In this document: piece after piece, positions 53,811 to 63,327 of the stretch | How the letters are laid out: each line of letters starts with the position of its first letter | Position numbering within the stretch: position 1 is the first letter of the stretch | Source of the DNA: an uncultured virus (IMG/VR IMGVR_UViG_2718217636_000001) | Taxonomy: Duplodnaviria; Heunggongvirae; Uroviricota; Caudoviricetes | Strand: one strand, 5' to 3' | DNA: 64,000 nt | IMG/VR virus record: IMGVR_UViG_2718217636_000001 | The notes under the pieces: model-generated | What the model saw: only the letters and a program-made list of their open reading frames with translations | Told to the model about the DNA's origin: nothing | Database searches by the model: none | Program-made: the position numbers and the translations under genes

Positions 53811-55499
53811 TCAGTTGGTGGCCTGCTCGGCGCGGGCCTGCTGAATCTGCGTGATCATCGCGTCGTAGGTGGCGACGTCGCCGCTGGCCGCTTCGAGCAC
53901 GTCGATCGCGTCCTGCATCTGCTGCAGGGTGGGCGGCGCTGTGGTGTCGACGTTCTCGCCGGTGATGATGCTGATGTCCCTCAGCACGTCCTCCCGGTCG
54001 GTGATGCTGAGCTGGCCGAACAGGTTCAGCAGGTGGGTGCGCAGCTTGGCCGGGTCCTGCTCCTGCTGGGCGGTGGCCTGCTTGGGCTTGGTCGGGTTGA
54101 CGATCGGCATGCTCTTGAGCCGCTTCATGACCTGGTCGGCTTCGCTTTCGGTGAGGTCCGCCGTCGATTCGACCGGCCGCTTCACCGTCTCGGTCAGCCA
54201 CGCCGCCTTGGCGGCCCGATTCGCCGCGGTGCTGCCCTTGCCGGTGGCGGAGGCGATGCCGCGCTCCCCGATCATGATGTTCATGCGGGTAAGGCGTTCC
54301 TTCGCCACCGGCTGCTTGCCCGAGTCGTCGTCGTCCTCGACCACATCGCCGTCCACGATCTCGTCGTCCGGCGGCACCGGAACGTCGTCCGCGCTGCGGC
54401 CGGCGGGCGGCTGCACCGTGGGCGTCTCATCCGTGGGCGGCTCGGGCTGGATGTGCTTGAGGAACGCTTCCAGCTCGGCGGCCGTGGCGTCCTCAATGCG
54501 GCGGCCTCGGGAGAAGTCCGCAAAGGTGCGGTGCAGGGCGTCGATGTCGCCGCCTTCCCAGGCGGTGACGATCTCCTTCCACAGCTCGGCCAACCGGTCG
54601 ATCTCCTTGGCGCGCTTGGCCGCCTCCGCCTCGATCTCCTTGCCCCTGGTCATCCAGACCTCGCGGTTGATCTTGGCCTGCCGCCACAGCTCGGTCACGG
54701 TCTCGCGGGTCCGCGCGGCACGGATCGCCGCGATGTAGTCGATCTGTCCGGGCTGGCCAGCCTCGATCGCCAGCCGATCCTCCGAAGGCCCGGCGCCGAG
54801 CTCGGCATGCTCGGGCGCGGCGGCCATGATGCGTGCTGCGGCCCCCATGGAGGTCATGCCACGCAACGCGATCTCGACCTTGGTGTAGAGCTTGAGCTTG
54901 CCCTTCTCCCTGGTCTTGCCCGGGACAAGCCACAGGCTGACCGGCACGGCGACCCTGTTCCCGAACATCGCCTGAAGCATGTCGACGAAGCCGGGCAGCT
55001 CCGCTCCTGCGTTCGCGCCCTTGGTCTCCAACAGCCACACCCCGATGTCCTGAATCTCGGGAATCCAGATGTTGAGGCGGGAGTGCAGCTTGCACGCCTG
55101 CTGCGACGGTGCGTTCTCCCAGAACCGCGGCCCCCACTGCGCCTTGCAGACGCAGGGCCGTCCCAGGTTCTCGACGGTTTCGCCGTTGCAGCGGGCTTGC
55201 CTGCCGCCCCGGCTCCACTTCTCGTACGCCTGGTCAAGGGGGTCACGGTGAGGCGGGATGATCGCGTCGAGGGACGTCAGTTCCTCGTTCATGAGCCGCC
55301 ACTGCATGCCGCCGTCGCCCTGCGGCTTCCACTGCTCGACCGTGCCGCCGTAGATGTCGGCGAGCTGCCGGATGAAGTGCTCGAACTCGGAGGTGGGGAT
55401 GAAGAACTCCGACGCCTTCGGCCTGCCTTCGAACGTGCCGAGGCGGATGCGACCAATCGTGCGGAGCCGGTGCTGCCGGTCGATGATGCGGCCGCCCAT
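53811..55499 (-). CDS. Gp3-like (recombination directionality factor-like) protein with long C-terminal extension
   Basis: IGRIRLG, YGG, RCNG, PCVC, CKLHSRLN, GVWLLET..NA..ELP. Confidence 0.75.
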   Translation of the reverse strand: MGGRIIDRQHRLRTIGRIRLGTFEGRPKASEFFIPTSEFEHFIRQLADIYGGTVEQWKPQGDGGMQWRLMNEELTSLDAIIPPHRDPLDQAYEKWSRGGRQARCNGETVENLGRPCVCKAQWGPRFWENAPSQQACKLHSRLNIWIPEIQDIGVWLLETKGANAGAELPGFVDMLQAMFGNRVAVPVSLWLVPGKTREKGKLKLYTKVEIALRGMTSMGAAARIMAAAPEHAELGAGPSEDRLAIEAGQPGQIDYIAAIRAARTRETVTELWRQAKINREVWMTRGKEIEAEAAKRAKEIDRLAELWKEIVTAWEGGDIDALHRTFADFSRGRRIEDATAAELEAFLKHIQPEPPTDETPTVQPPAGRSADDVPVPPDDEIVDGDVVEDDDDSGKQPVAKERLTRMNIMIGERGIASATGKGSTAANRAAKAAWLTETVKRPVESTADLTESEADQVMKRLKSMPIVNPTKPKQATAQQEQDPAKLRTHLLNLFGQLSITDREDVLRDISIITGENVDTTAPPTLQQMQDAIDVLEAASGDVATYDAMITQIQQARAEQATN

Positions 55500-57583
55500 C
55501 AGGCTGCCTCCTCCTTGATCTCGTCGGTGGGGTCGTCGTCGGCCAGGGTCAGCGGCTCGCCGATCACGTTCTTGGCCAGGCCGGTGTTGAACTCGGCCAC
55601 CTTGCGGATGGTCTGGAAGATCTCGTACATGTCGTCGCCGCAGCGGGCCGGATAGAGGTTGTAGCCCTCCGGCCTCAAGTGCAAGATCACGCCCACGTCG
55701 TGGCGGGGCGGCAGCTTGATGCGCGTCCCGTCGCGCTCCCACCCCCACGGGGCCATGCGGTACGCGGCCATCTGCAGGCCGGCCTCCGCGTAGACGCCGT
55801 GAACGGAGCCGTCGTACGTGGTCCCGTTGAGGGTGCCGCCGGTGTTGTGCGTCGGGATCATTTCCTTGCCGCAGAGGTAGGTGCGGTTTGGCGAGTTCAC
55901 GGCGATGCACTTCGTGGGCACGGTCAGTGTCTGCTCGACGCTGACGATCATTCGGCGTGAGGCTCGGGTGGTGCTGGGCACATTGACCAGTTCCGCCTTG
56001 CGGGTGAGCCGGAACGGGTTGATTCCGCGCGGTGTGAACGTGACCAGGTAGTGCTTGCCTGCCTTGAAGCCGGTGTGGTTCATCTCGAACATCACGACCC
56101 GTTGTCCGAGGGACAGCAGGAGTTCCCGAATCGAAGACGCAAACTCCTTGGAGGCGCTGACGATTTGGGCGCACTTCCTCCGCTTGTTCCACGTGCCATC
56201 GGTGTCCATGAGGCCCTGCAGCAACGCGAGACGCTGTTCCTTGCTGGAACGCAGGTAGGTGGCGGGGATGTGCTTGTTGCCGAACAGGTCGAGCACTCGC
56301 AGATCAAGGACCAGGCCAAGAACGGTCCGGACAGGACATCCGCCAGGGCGGGACAGCTTCTGCTGCGGCCCTACGGTGTAGCCGCAGGCTTCGATGTTGT
56401 CGAAGATCTCCTGGTCTTGGCTGGAAATCTCACCGCTGGTGTGCTTCCCGTCGCCGAGCCAGCAGCCCAGGACGTACGGCTCGATACGGAGCGCGGCCTG
56501 GGGAATGTTCAGCGGCTCGGCCACAGGCACCCGATGGTGAGTCTTGCCGTACGCCTTGAGCGTCGCGGCGACCTCCACCGTGGAGTGGACGCCGAACTTC
56601 TTCCACTGCGGGTGACCGCTCTCCGTCCACCACAAGTGCTCGTCGTCACAGATGACCGAACTGCCGTCGTCGAAGGTAACGCGGTAGCAGTCCCGGTAGT
56701 GGACTTCGGAGACCTCGGTGACGGTGCATGGCCGCCCGTCCGAGTCGAACAACGTGTCTCCAACCTGGACGTCCTTCATCGTCGTCCACCCGGTTGGGGT
56801 GGGCAGCGGTGTGTCCAGCGCGAGGCCCTTGGTGTCACCCGGGAAGATGGTGTCCTCAGGGACGCCGAGCTTCCGCGCGAGCGGCACCGACCGGAACAGG
56901 TAGTCGAGCGTCCCGCCGTACGGCTCGTCGTAGTTGGCCACCACCATCTCCGACGCCTCGAAGTCGATCTCCCATTCGGTGACCCACCGGTTGAAGTGGA
57001 AGATGTACGGCCGCAGCTCCTCGTTGGCCAGTAGCCGCACCGGCGCGGGCTCGCCCAGGATCCTGCACTCGACCAGCTTGTGGACCGCCTTCCCGACATC
57101 GGCCCGCTCGTCCTTGCGCCGGTTGGGCTCCTGCTTGAGCCATCGGATGAACTGCTCCCGGCCTTCCTCGGTGCGGGAGGCGGCGAGCATGTCGATCACG
57201 TTGTCCATCGCGGTTTCGGCCGTGACCTTGGCTGCCCAGTAGACCAGCGCCTCGTGCGCGGACCCCTGGTTGAGGATCGTCGTCACCGACCGCAGTAGCA
57301 CGCCGGTCGCGGGGTCCTTGTAGAAGCCGGACTTGGAGCGGCGCGGGATGCGGGCGGTCAGGATCGGCGCGCCGGAGCCGGTGCACGGCAGCACGTCGCG
57401 CTTGTCCGTCTTGTGCTTGCGCATCCGGCCGTTCTTGTTGACCCTCTGCAGCTTGCCCGTCTTCTTGCACTCTTCGCCGGGGCAGGGGTACAGCTCGGGG
57501 AACACCTCCTCGGCGGCGTCCTCCCAGTCGCTGGCGCTCTCGTCGGCCAGTTCGTCCGCGGCGGAGACGGCGAGTCGGCTCAC
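55499..57583 (-). CDS. PD-(D/E)xK (Cas4/YqaJ-like) exonuclease containing an intein
   Basis: SVTTIL, GKAVH, YGGTLD, DTK|T, LQMAAY. Confidence 0.85.
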   Translation of the reverse strand: MSRLAVSAADELADESASDWEDAAEEVFPELYPCPGEECKKTGKLQRVNKNGRMRKHKTDKRDVLPCTGSGAPILTARIPRRSKSGFYKDPATGVLLRSVTTILNQGSAHEALVYWAAKVTAETAMDNVIDMLAASRTEEGREQFIRWLKQEPNRRKDERADVGKAVHKLVECRILGEPAPVRLLANEELRPYIFHFNRWVTEWEIDFEASEMVVANYDEPYGGTLDYLFRSVPLARKLGVPEDTIFPGDTKGLALDTPLPTPTGWTTMKDVQVGDTLFDSDGRPCTVTEVSEVHYRDCYRVTFDDGSSVICDDEHLWWTESGHPQWKKFGVHSTVEVAATLKAYGKTHHRVPVAEPLNIPQAALRIEPYVLGCWLGDGKHTSGEISSQDQEIFDNIEACGYTVGPQQKLSRPGGCPVRTVLGLVLDLRVLDLFGNKHIPATYLRSSKEQRLALLQGLMDTDGTWNKRRKCAQIVSASKEFASSIRELLLSLGQRVVMFEMNHTGFKAGKHYLVTFTPRGINPFRLTRKAELVNVPSTTRASRRMIVSVEQTLTVPTKCIAVNSPNRTYLCGKEMIPTHNTGGTLNGTTYDGSVHGVYAEAGLQMAAYRMAPWGWERDGTRIKLPPRHDVGVILHLRPEGYNLYPARCGDDMYEIFQTIRKVAEFNTGLAKNVIGEPLTLADDDPTDEIKEEAA
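55844..56827 (-). mobile_element. Class 3-type intein with LAGLIDADG homing endonuclease (328 aa)
   Basis: GLALDTPLPTPTGW start, DEHLW, LGCWLGDG, LQGLMDTDG, TKCIAV, PTHN|T. Confidence 0.9.
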
Positions 57584-57912
57584 TTGCGGCCCTCCTGCAG
57601 CTTGAACATGGCCTCGGCGTACTCGGCCGCGTGCTGGCCGCCGGGCCACGGGGTCTTGCGGGGCTCGCCCGCCTCGATGCTGACGCGCACACCGGCGGCG
57701 ATCTCGATGAGGGTGTCGGCGTGCCGGCTGGCGTCCTCGTGGGAGTGACCGTCGTCCAGGAGGAAGTCGATCAGCATCCGCCGGAGGGCGCCGTAGGCCG
57801 GGCAGGTGATGTGCTCCGCGGCGTGCAGGGCGATGAGGGCGTACCCGCGCCGGAACGGCAGGTCAGGGGCCTGCTCTTTGTCGCTAGCAAGAGTGCTTGC
57901 GTTTACTGTCAT
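57580..57912 (-). CDS. Hypothetical early protein
   Basis: GGAG RBS; GTGA overlap with exonuclease. Confidence 0.6.
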   Translation of the reverse strand: MTVNASTLASDKEQAPDLPFRRGYALIALHAAEHITCPAYGALRRMLIDFLLDDGHSHEDASRHADTLIEIAAGVRVSIEAGEPRKTPWPGGQHAAEYAEAMFKLQEGRK

Positions 57913-57944
57913 GGTCGTGGGTCTCCGTGGAGTCCGTGGGTTGG

Positions 57945-58364
57945 TTAGGGGACGAGGACGGTTTGGGTGGACCGTCCCTTGGGGGGTGACTCTTCATCGC
58001 GCAGGGCCAACTCCGCCTCCTCGATGCGGGCGTTGAGTTTGGCCAGTTGCCTCTCCGCCATCTGCAGGGCCTTGCGGGTGGCGGCGAGCCGCTGTTCGGC
58101 TTCCGTGAGTTCACGGGCGACGAAGTTCCGCATCATGTACTCCGTCAGGATCACGCGGGGGATGCGGTAGCCGCGCTTGCCCGTGCGGATGAAGCCGAGC
58201 TTGCGGTCTTGCAGGAGGTAGAGGACTGCGCGGTCCGTTACGCCGAGCACCTTGGCGACATGCCGGACCTCAAGCATGTGCTGGTCGGTCGGTACCACGG
58301 CGTCGATGAGGTCGCCGACGATCTGCTCCGGCGTCTCTGCCGTTGTTGCGCTGGTCATGGGCAC
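57945..58364 (-). CDS. Excisionase/Cro-like HTH protein with coiled coil
   Basis: VAKVLGVTDRAVLYLLQDRKL...YRIP; first gene of leftward operon. Confidence 0.75.
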   Translation of the reverse strand: MPMTSATTAETPEQIVGDLIDAVVPTDQHMLEVRHVAKVLGVTDRAVLYLLQDRKLGFIRTGKRGYRIPRVILTEYMMRNFVARELTEAEQRLAATRKALQMAERQLAKLNARIEEAELALRDEESPPKGRSTQTVLVP

Positions 58365-58375
58365 CTCCCGTGCGT

Positions 58376-58525
58376 TCGCGATCTTCGTTGAAGATCAACA
58401 TTTGCTGACAAAGCGACCCTACTCGGTTATTCGCGAAATTCAAGCTTGCTTCGCGAAGTTGCGCGAAGATTCGAGAAGTTACTGAGAGTGACGGATATTT
58501 CGCGAAACGCCGATACATTCGCGCA
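58376..58525. promoter_or_regulatory. Divergent promoter region with TTCGCGAA operator-like array
   Basis: Perfect copies at 58430, 58450, 58499; one-mismatch copies at 58376, 58460, 58470, 58518. Confidence 0.65.
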
Positions 58526-58596
58526 CCGAGCTGGTACGGTGACGCCGTGACGCACAAACTGAAGATCAGTGCAGAAACAGAAGGAGCCTCATCGCT

Positions 58597-59079
58597 ATGC
58601 CATCGACCGCGCCCCAGGAAGCCCCCCTGCCGGAAGACGTCGCCCTCATCCAGCGACGACGCACCGATCGAGGGCTCGAAAGTCCTCTAAGCATCTCCCG
58701 CTGCGCCGAGATGCTCCGCACGTATACCTCTCAACCCTTCAGCGACCGCACCTGGTCCTCCTACGAGCAAGGCAAGCGCCCCATACCCGACCGCGAGTAC
58801 GTCCTGATGGCCCTCGTCGTCGGCGCCACCCCCGAGGAAGTCGCGGCCGCCGGCCGCGACCGAGCCAGCGAGCTGCTGCGCGGGGAGCTCGATCGGCGCA
58901 GCTCGCCTGCGGGCGCGCGGGCCGCCGAGCGGATCGAAGCCGCGATTGCCCAGATCGAGGGCCTGCCCTTCAGCGAGGAGACCAAGGCCGAGATGATCGA
59001 GGTGCTAATGCAGCAGGTAGACGCGCTGCTGGACCTGCACACCAAGCAGATCGACATCATGCGTCAAGAGCGCCCCTGA
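58597..59079 (+). CDS. XRE-like repressor
   Basis: LSISRCAE...FSDRTWSSYEQG...MALVVGATPEE; divergent from early operon. Confidence 0.7.
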   Translation: MPSTAPQEAPLPEDVALIQRRRTDRGLESPLSISRCAEMLRTYTSQPFSDRTWSSYEQGKRPIPDREYVLMALVVGATPEEVAAAGRDRASELLRGELDRRSSPAGARAAERIEAAIAQIEGLPFSEETKAEMIEVLMQQVDALLDLHTKQIDIMRQERP

Positions 59080-59403
59080 TTTGGGACGCCAGGTGCCGTT
59101 ATATTGCGGACACCTAAACCGTAGGGAATTAGATAAGTTTCCTTGTCAACCAAAGCGGCGTGGTGCGCGTCCATGGCTCTCACCTAGGGATTTGCGCACC
59201 ATGGCCTCTCGCGGTGTCGCAGTGGCCGACATTGGCCATGACACATTTCGGTCATGGTTTTCACTGGACGAATCGGACGTGAAGGTTTACAACATTCTTT
59301 TGTTGTTACCCGTTCCGCCGTGTCCGTAGGGGCCGAAACGGCCCTCCGTCGTTGGAACGGTTCAAGCCGTTATCCCACCGCAACATTTCGGAGTGAACCT
59401 CAC

Positions 59404-59715
59404 ATGTCCTTCGCACGTCGCCTGCGTCTCCCCGCCGCCGCCCTCGCCCTGACGCTGCTCCTCGCCGGAGCCACCGCCGCGAACGCCGACGACACCGCGC
59501 CGGCCACCACCGCCACCACCGCCACCACTGGCACCACCACCACCGAAACCACGGCCACCGAGACGGTCACCAACCCCGACGGCAGCAAGTTGATCACTGA
59601 AACCACCACCACGAAGTCCGTCACCGTGACCGTCGTCCCGGCGCCGACCTCCACCACGAACCCCGACTCCTCCGGGCCGACCGAGTCGACCAACGCCACC
59701 ACGGGCGGCATGTAG
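59404..59715 (+). CDS. Small secreted Thr-rich protein
   Basis: Signal peptide ending ANA; low-complexity mature part ending NATTGGM. Confidence 0.65.
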   Translation: MSFARRLRLPAAALALTLLLAGATAANADDTAPATTATTATTGTTTTETTATETVTNPDGSKLITETTTTKSVTVTVVPAPTSTTNPDSSGPTESTNATTGGM

Positions 59716-59793
59716 CAGGCCGGCGACCGGCCTGACCAGCAGAGGCGGTCCCATAAGCGCCCCCTCCCATACCGACCCGTCTGAGGACCTCAA

Positions 59794-60726
59794 GTGCCAT
59801 TACGCGGTGACGACAGCGATGAGCTGCGTCTGTACGAGTACCTGATCGACCACGGGCCCACGCCCGTGGAGGACCTGCGCGGCGTCGTCGACGACCCAGA
59901 GCAGACCCTGGAGTGGCTGCGCGGCCGAGGGTTCGTGATCGGCCAGCCAGCCCGAGCCCGACGCCCTCGCCACGCACTCAGCCCAGCCGTCTCCGAGGCC
60001 ACCCACACCCTGGACCGGCTGAAGGCCCTCGTGCACGACCTGGACACCCGATACCAGGTCAGCGGCCACTACCAGGACGCCGCAGAACCGGTGTCCAAGC
60101 TGACCAGCCGGGAAGAAGTCACCCAGGTCTTCGACGCCCTGCAGCGCACCGTCCGGCAGGACTGGATGCAGCTTGTCACCGGACCGTTCTTCCGGCTTGC
60201 CGAGCCGCTCCGGCCCGAGCGCAGCGTGATCCCGTCCACCACGCTCGACTGCCGCAGGCGGGTGGTGTACGAGCGAGAGGTCATGGAAGATCCGCTCGTC
60301 ATGGAGGGCCTGCGGAACACGTTGCGCTGGGGGGGCGCGCAGATCCGCTTCACCGACCAGCTGCCCACGAAGCTCCTGATCGTTGACAACGCCGTCGCGA
60401 TGACTCCCCTCGAAGAACGGGGCAGCCTGCCCATGCTGCTGATCGAGGCGCCGTCTTTGATCAACGGGCAGATCGCCCGCTTCGAGGAGGAGTGGGAGAA
60501 GGCAACGCCGTGGAACGCGGACGTCAGCTCCGCTCCGCCGGACCTTGACGAGCAAGACCGCAAGATTCTGCAACAGGTGGTGGCCGGCGAGACCGACAAG
60601 GCGATCGCCCGCGTGTGCCAATCGTCCATGCGGACGGTCGGCCGCCGCATCGCACGCATGCGGCAGCTCGCGGGCGTGTCCACCCGGACCCAGCTCGTCC
60701 ACTATGCAACGAAGCATTGGCTGTAG
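59794..60726 (+). CDS. TrmB-like / LuxR-HTH transcriptional regulator
   Basis: N-terminal HTH, LPTKLLIVD, C-terminal GETDKAIAR...RTVGRRI...TRTQL. Confidence 0.85.
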   Translation: MPLRGDDSDELRLYEYLIDHGPTPVEDLRGVVDDPEQTLEWLRGRGFVIGQPARARRPRHALSPAVSEATHTLDRLKALVHDLDTRYQVSGHYQDAAEPVSKLTSREEVTQVFDALQRTVRQDWMQLVTGPFFRLAEPLRPERSVIPSTTLDCRRRVVYEREVMEDPLVMEGLRNTLRWGGAQIRFTDQLPTKLLIVDNAVAMTPLEERGSLPMLLIEAPSLINGQIARFEEEWEKATPWNADVSSAPPDLDEQDRKILQQVVAGETDKAIARVCQSSMRTVGRRIARMRQLAGVSTRTQLVHYATKHWL

Positions 60727-60752
60727 CACGTCACTATCACTGGGGGTTCCTG

Positions 60753-61103
60753 ATGCCGAGCACTACCCGTGCCCTGATCACATCCGCATCCGCCGCGATA
60801 CTTGGCTGGATCGCGGCGGGGGTCACCACCTGCTGGGTGGTCCTCAACCCGACGATGCACTACGTCCCGGTCTCCCTCCTATGGCTCCACAGCGCCGCGC
60901 TCGTGGCGACGATCAGCACGCTGCTGCTGGTAGCGCTGCGTGCGTTCAATCGAATGATTGGCGAGACCAAGCAGGCGTACGCGCTGGGCCTGGAGCACGG
61001 CATCAGCATCATGGGCGCGTTCGAGTCCGACCTGTCCGGCCCGGCCGAGCAGCCTGCCCCGAGAATGCCGGAAGCCCCGGCCGCAGCCGGGGCATCCGGA
61101 TAG
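60753..61103 (+). CDS. Membrane protein (2 TM)
   Basis: Hydrophobic segments. Confidence 0.6.
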   Translation: MPSTTRALITSASAAILGWIAAGVTTCWVVLNPTMHYVPVSLLWLHSAALVATISTLLLVALRAFNRMIGETKQAYALGLEHGISIMGAFESDLSGPAEQPAPRMPEAPAAAGASG

Positions 61104-61115
61104 GTCCGCGGGGCT

Positions 61116-61427
61116 CTACTCGTCGCCGTCGTCGTCCTTCGCTGTTAGCGCTGACACGACTCTCAAGATCGTATACAGGGTGAACCCCTCCCCCTGCGGG
61201 TCGGCAGCCTTCGTGATCTCGACCATGCGGCGACGGGTCACCAGACTCTTCTTGTCGCTGCCGGGGACGCCTTCGGGCGGCCCCGCAGCGGCGGCCAGGG
61301 CCTGCTGGAACTTCCTGGTCGGCTCCTCGATCGCCTCGTAGTACTCGCGGGCCGCCTCCATGAGAGCCTTCTCCGCCGCGATTCTCTGCTCCGCCGGTGG
61401 GAGCCTGCCCGGGTTCTTCATGAACAT
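61116..61427 (-). CDS. Hypothetical protein (possible HTH)
   Basis: Helical; VTRRRMVEIT...TLYTILRV. Confidence 0.5.
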   Translation of the reverse strand: MFMKNPGRLPPAEQRIAAEKALMEAAREYYEAIEEPTRKFQQALAAAAGPPEGVPGSDKKSLVTRRRMVEITKAADPQGEGFTLYTILRVVSALTAKDDDGDE

Positions 61428-61441
61428 CAGTCTGCCACATC

Positions 61442-62215
61442 TCATTTCGTTTTCGTACCGACCTTGCGGGGCTTTCGCCGATACGGCCCCACCAGATCGG
61501 CCACGTGCTGCTCGTACTCCTCCTCGGTCCACAACGCGCCGCACCCGCCGATCACCTCGCGGGCGTCGCACTCGATGTACCGCTCCCCCGCCGTCCGGAC
61601 CAGCGCCCGCTTGCCGCACGACCGGCACGGCCCAACGAGTTCCTGCACGTGAACGGCCCACGGCGCGAGCCCGTGCGCCCACCGACGCAACGCTCCGACT
61701 TCGCCGATCATCTCGTCGATCCACAGCTGGCCGGCCGCCCAGTCCAGGTGCCGCAGCAGCCACGCGGACAGCTCCTCGACGTCGGCCCGCTCCGGGTAAA
61801 CCAGGCCGCGGTGCTCGGCGATCAGCCACGCCCAGTTCTTCAACGTCGACGGAATCGACAGCGGGCCGATCTGGTCGTCATCGTCGCCGTGGATCGGCGT
61901 CGCGCCGTCGTGCAGCATCGACAGCACATCGAGCCGCGTCGGCGTGCCAGCCTCCTGCGATCCGGACACCTTATCCCCGCCGCCCTGGCCCGGCGTCTTG
62001 TGCTGCTCCAGCCACCGCATGAGCTGCGGCGTGATCTCCACGTCGCGGCACAGCCTGGTCGTGCAGACCTCGCAGATGAGTGTCCCGTCCGCTGCCTGGC
62101 GGGGTTCGCCCCGTCCGCAGCGAGGGCCGATGCACAGCGGGTTCGTGTCGGTCAAGGGCAACACTGGTCCTTCCAACGTCAAAGAGGGGCAACGAGAGTA
62201 GTCTCTATCATGCAA
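61442..62215 (-). CDS. Zn-binding actinophage protein (possible late regulator)
   Basis: CEVC, WLLRHLDW, GPCRSCG...C...CGALW; start uncertain. Confidence 0.65.
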   Translation of the reverse strand: MHDRDYSRCPSLTLEGPVLPLTDTNPLCIGPRCGRGEPRQAADGTLICEVCTTRLCRDVEITPQLMRWLEQHKTPGQGGGDKVSGSQEAGTPTRLDVLSMLHDGATPIHGDDDDQIGPLSIPSTLKNWAWLIAEHRGLVYPERADVEELSAWLLRHLDWAAGQLWIDEMIGEVGALRRWAHGLAPWAVHVQELVGPCRSCGKRALVRTAGERYIECDAREVIGGCGALWTEEEYEQHVADLVGPYRRKPRKVGTKTK

Positions 62216-62356
62216 GCATTATCGCTAGGATGATGCGATCCTCACGGCGACCGAACGACTCCGATGACGCGTGTTCTGATGATCTTCACAGAGTGGGCCA
62301 TTGCTCTTTTTTTCCCCACATGAGTACATTGACATGGACTTCCTCTGGAGCAGGGC

Positions 62357-63226
62357 ATGAACCGATCACCAAAGCGCGACGAAGTAAGTTCTGAGCATCG
62401 AATAGCGAAACGCCTCCGTCGTCTTAGATCGCCGCAAAGGAAGCTCGGCAATAAGAGCAGGGCAAAAGTTGCACGAACTTGGATAGTAGGCGTCCTGGTG
62501 GCCGCACTAGGAATAACGATCACAGATGCGACCACCGGCGCCCTCTCCACGGTCGCGTCCGGCATAAAGAGCAGGATTTTTGACGGACCTCCGGTCCGCG
62601 TAACTAAAACCATCGATTTTGTTAGCCAGGAACGCGAACGCCTTCGCCGATCCTCCTATATTCTTCCTGGTAGATCAATTGCATCGATGGGTCCGCCACC
62701 GAAGATCGATATGGAAGATTATGCGGCAAGAGCAGCCTGGGCTAAGCAAAACAATGCTGTAGATGCTTACAACTCCTACATCCGAGTAGTGGTTGATGCG
62801 CCGCAATCTAAAACGGTCGTGTTGACCGGTTTGCGCGTACGAGTTCTACAGAGGCGTCCGCCGCCATCAGGTGTGGCTATAGATGCCATCGGTGCGGGCC
62901 CGATAGTGACGCGCAGCTTCTTCGCTTCGCTAGACGAAGAACAATCGCGGATTGAATACATGGAGCCCGAGGAAATAGTGCCGGGCCAAGAGAGGGCTAT
63001 TGACTTTCCATTTCGGATCTCAAATACGGAGCCTGAGGTTTTCCTCATAATCACTGACGTCCAGAAGTTTGACGTCGACTGGCAAGCAGAGCTCACATGG
63101 GTGGCCGACGGCAAGGCGGGGCGATCAGTGATAGATGATGAAGGGAAGCCATTTCGGACAGCCTCAGCCGCAAACGCTCCCATGTATACACCAACAGCTA
63201 AAGGTTGGAAGAAGGTAGGAGATTAA
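62357..63226 (+). CDS. Membrane-anchored hypothetical protein (low-GC moron)
   Basis: 289 aa, one TM then a beta-rich domain; opposite strand. Confidence 0.7.
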   Translation: MNRSPKRDEVSSEHRIAKRLRRLRSPQRKLGNKSRAKVARTWIVGVLVAALGITITDATTGALSTVASGIKSRIFDGPPVRVTKTIDFVSQERERLRRSSYILPGRSIASMGPPPKIDMEDYAARAAWAKQNNAVDAYNSYIRVVVDAPQSKTVVLTGLRVRVLQRRPPPSGVAIDAIGAGPIVTRSFFASLDEEQSRIEYMEPEEIVPGQERAIDFPFRISNTEPEVFLIITDVQKFDVDWQAELTWVADGKAGRSVIDDEGKPFRTASAANAPMYTPTAKGWKKVGD

Positions 63227-63327
63227 TACAGTGGCGACGATCGAGAATACCGCCCTCACGGCTGGGTCGACGACGTTCTTCAGGTAACCGTCAGGCCCCA
63301 GTAGAAAAGCATGTACGTGGCTGGGGC

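Noticed and set aside
55499..57583. Cas4 of a CRISPR system
   Set aside because: No array or other cas genes; it sits next to a Gp3-like gene as a phage recombination nuclease.
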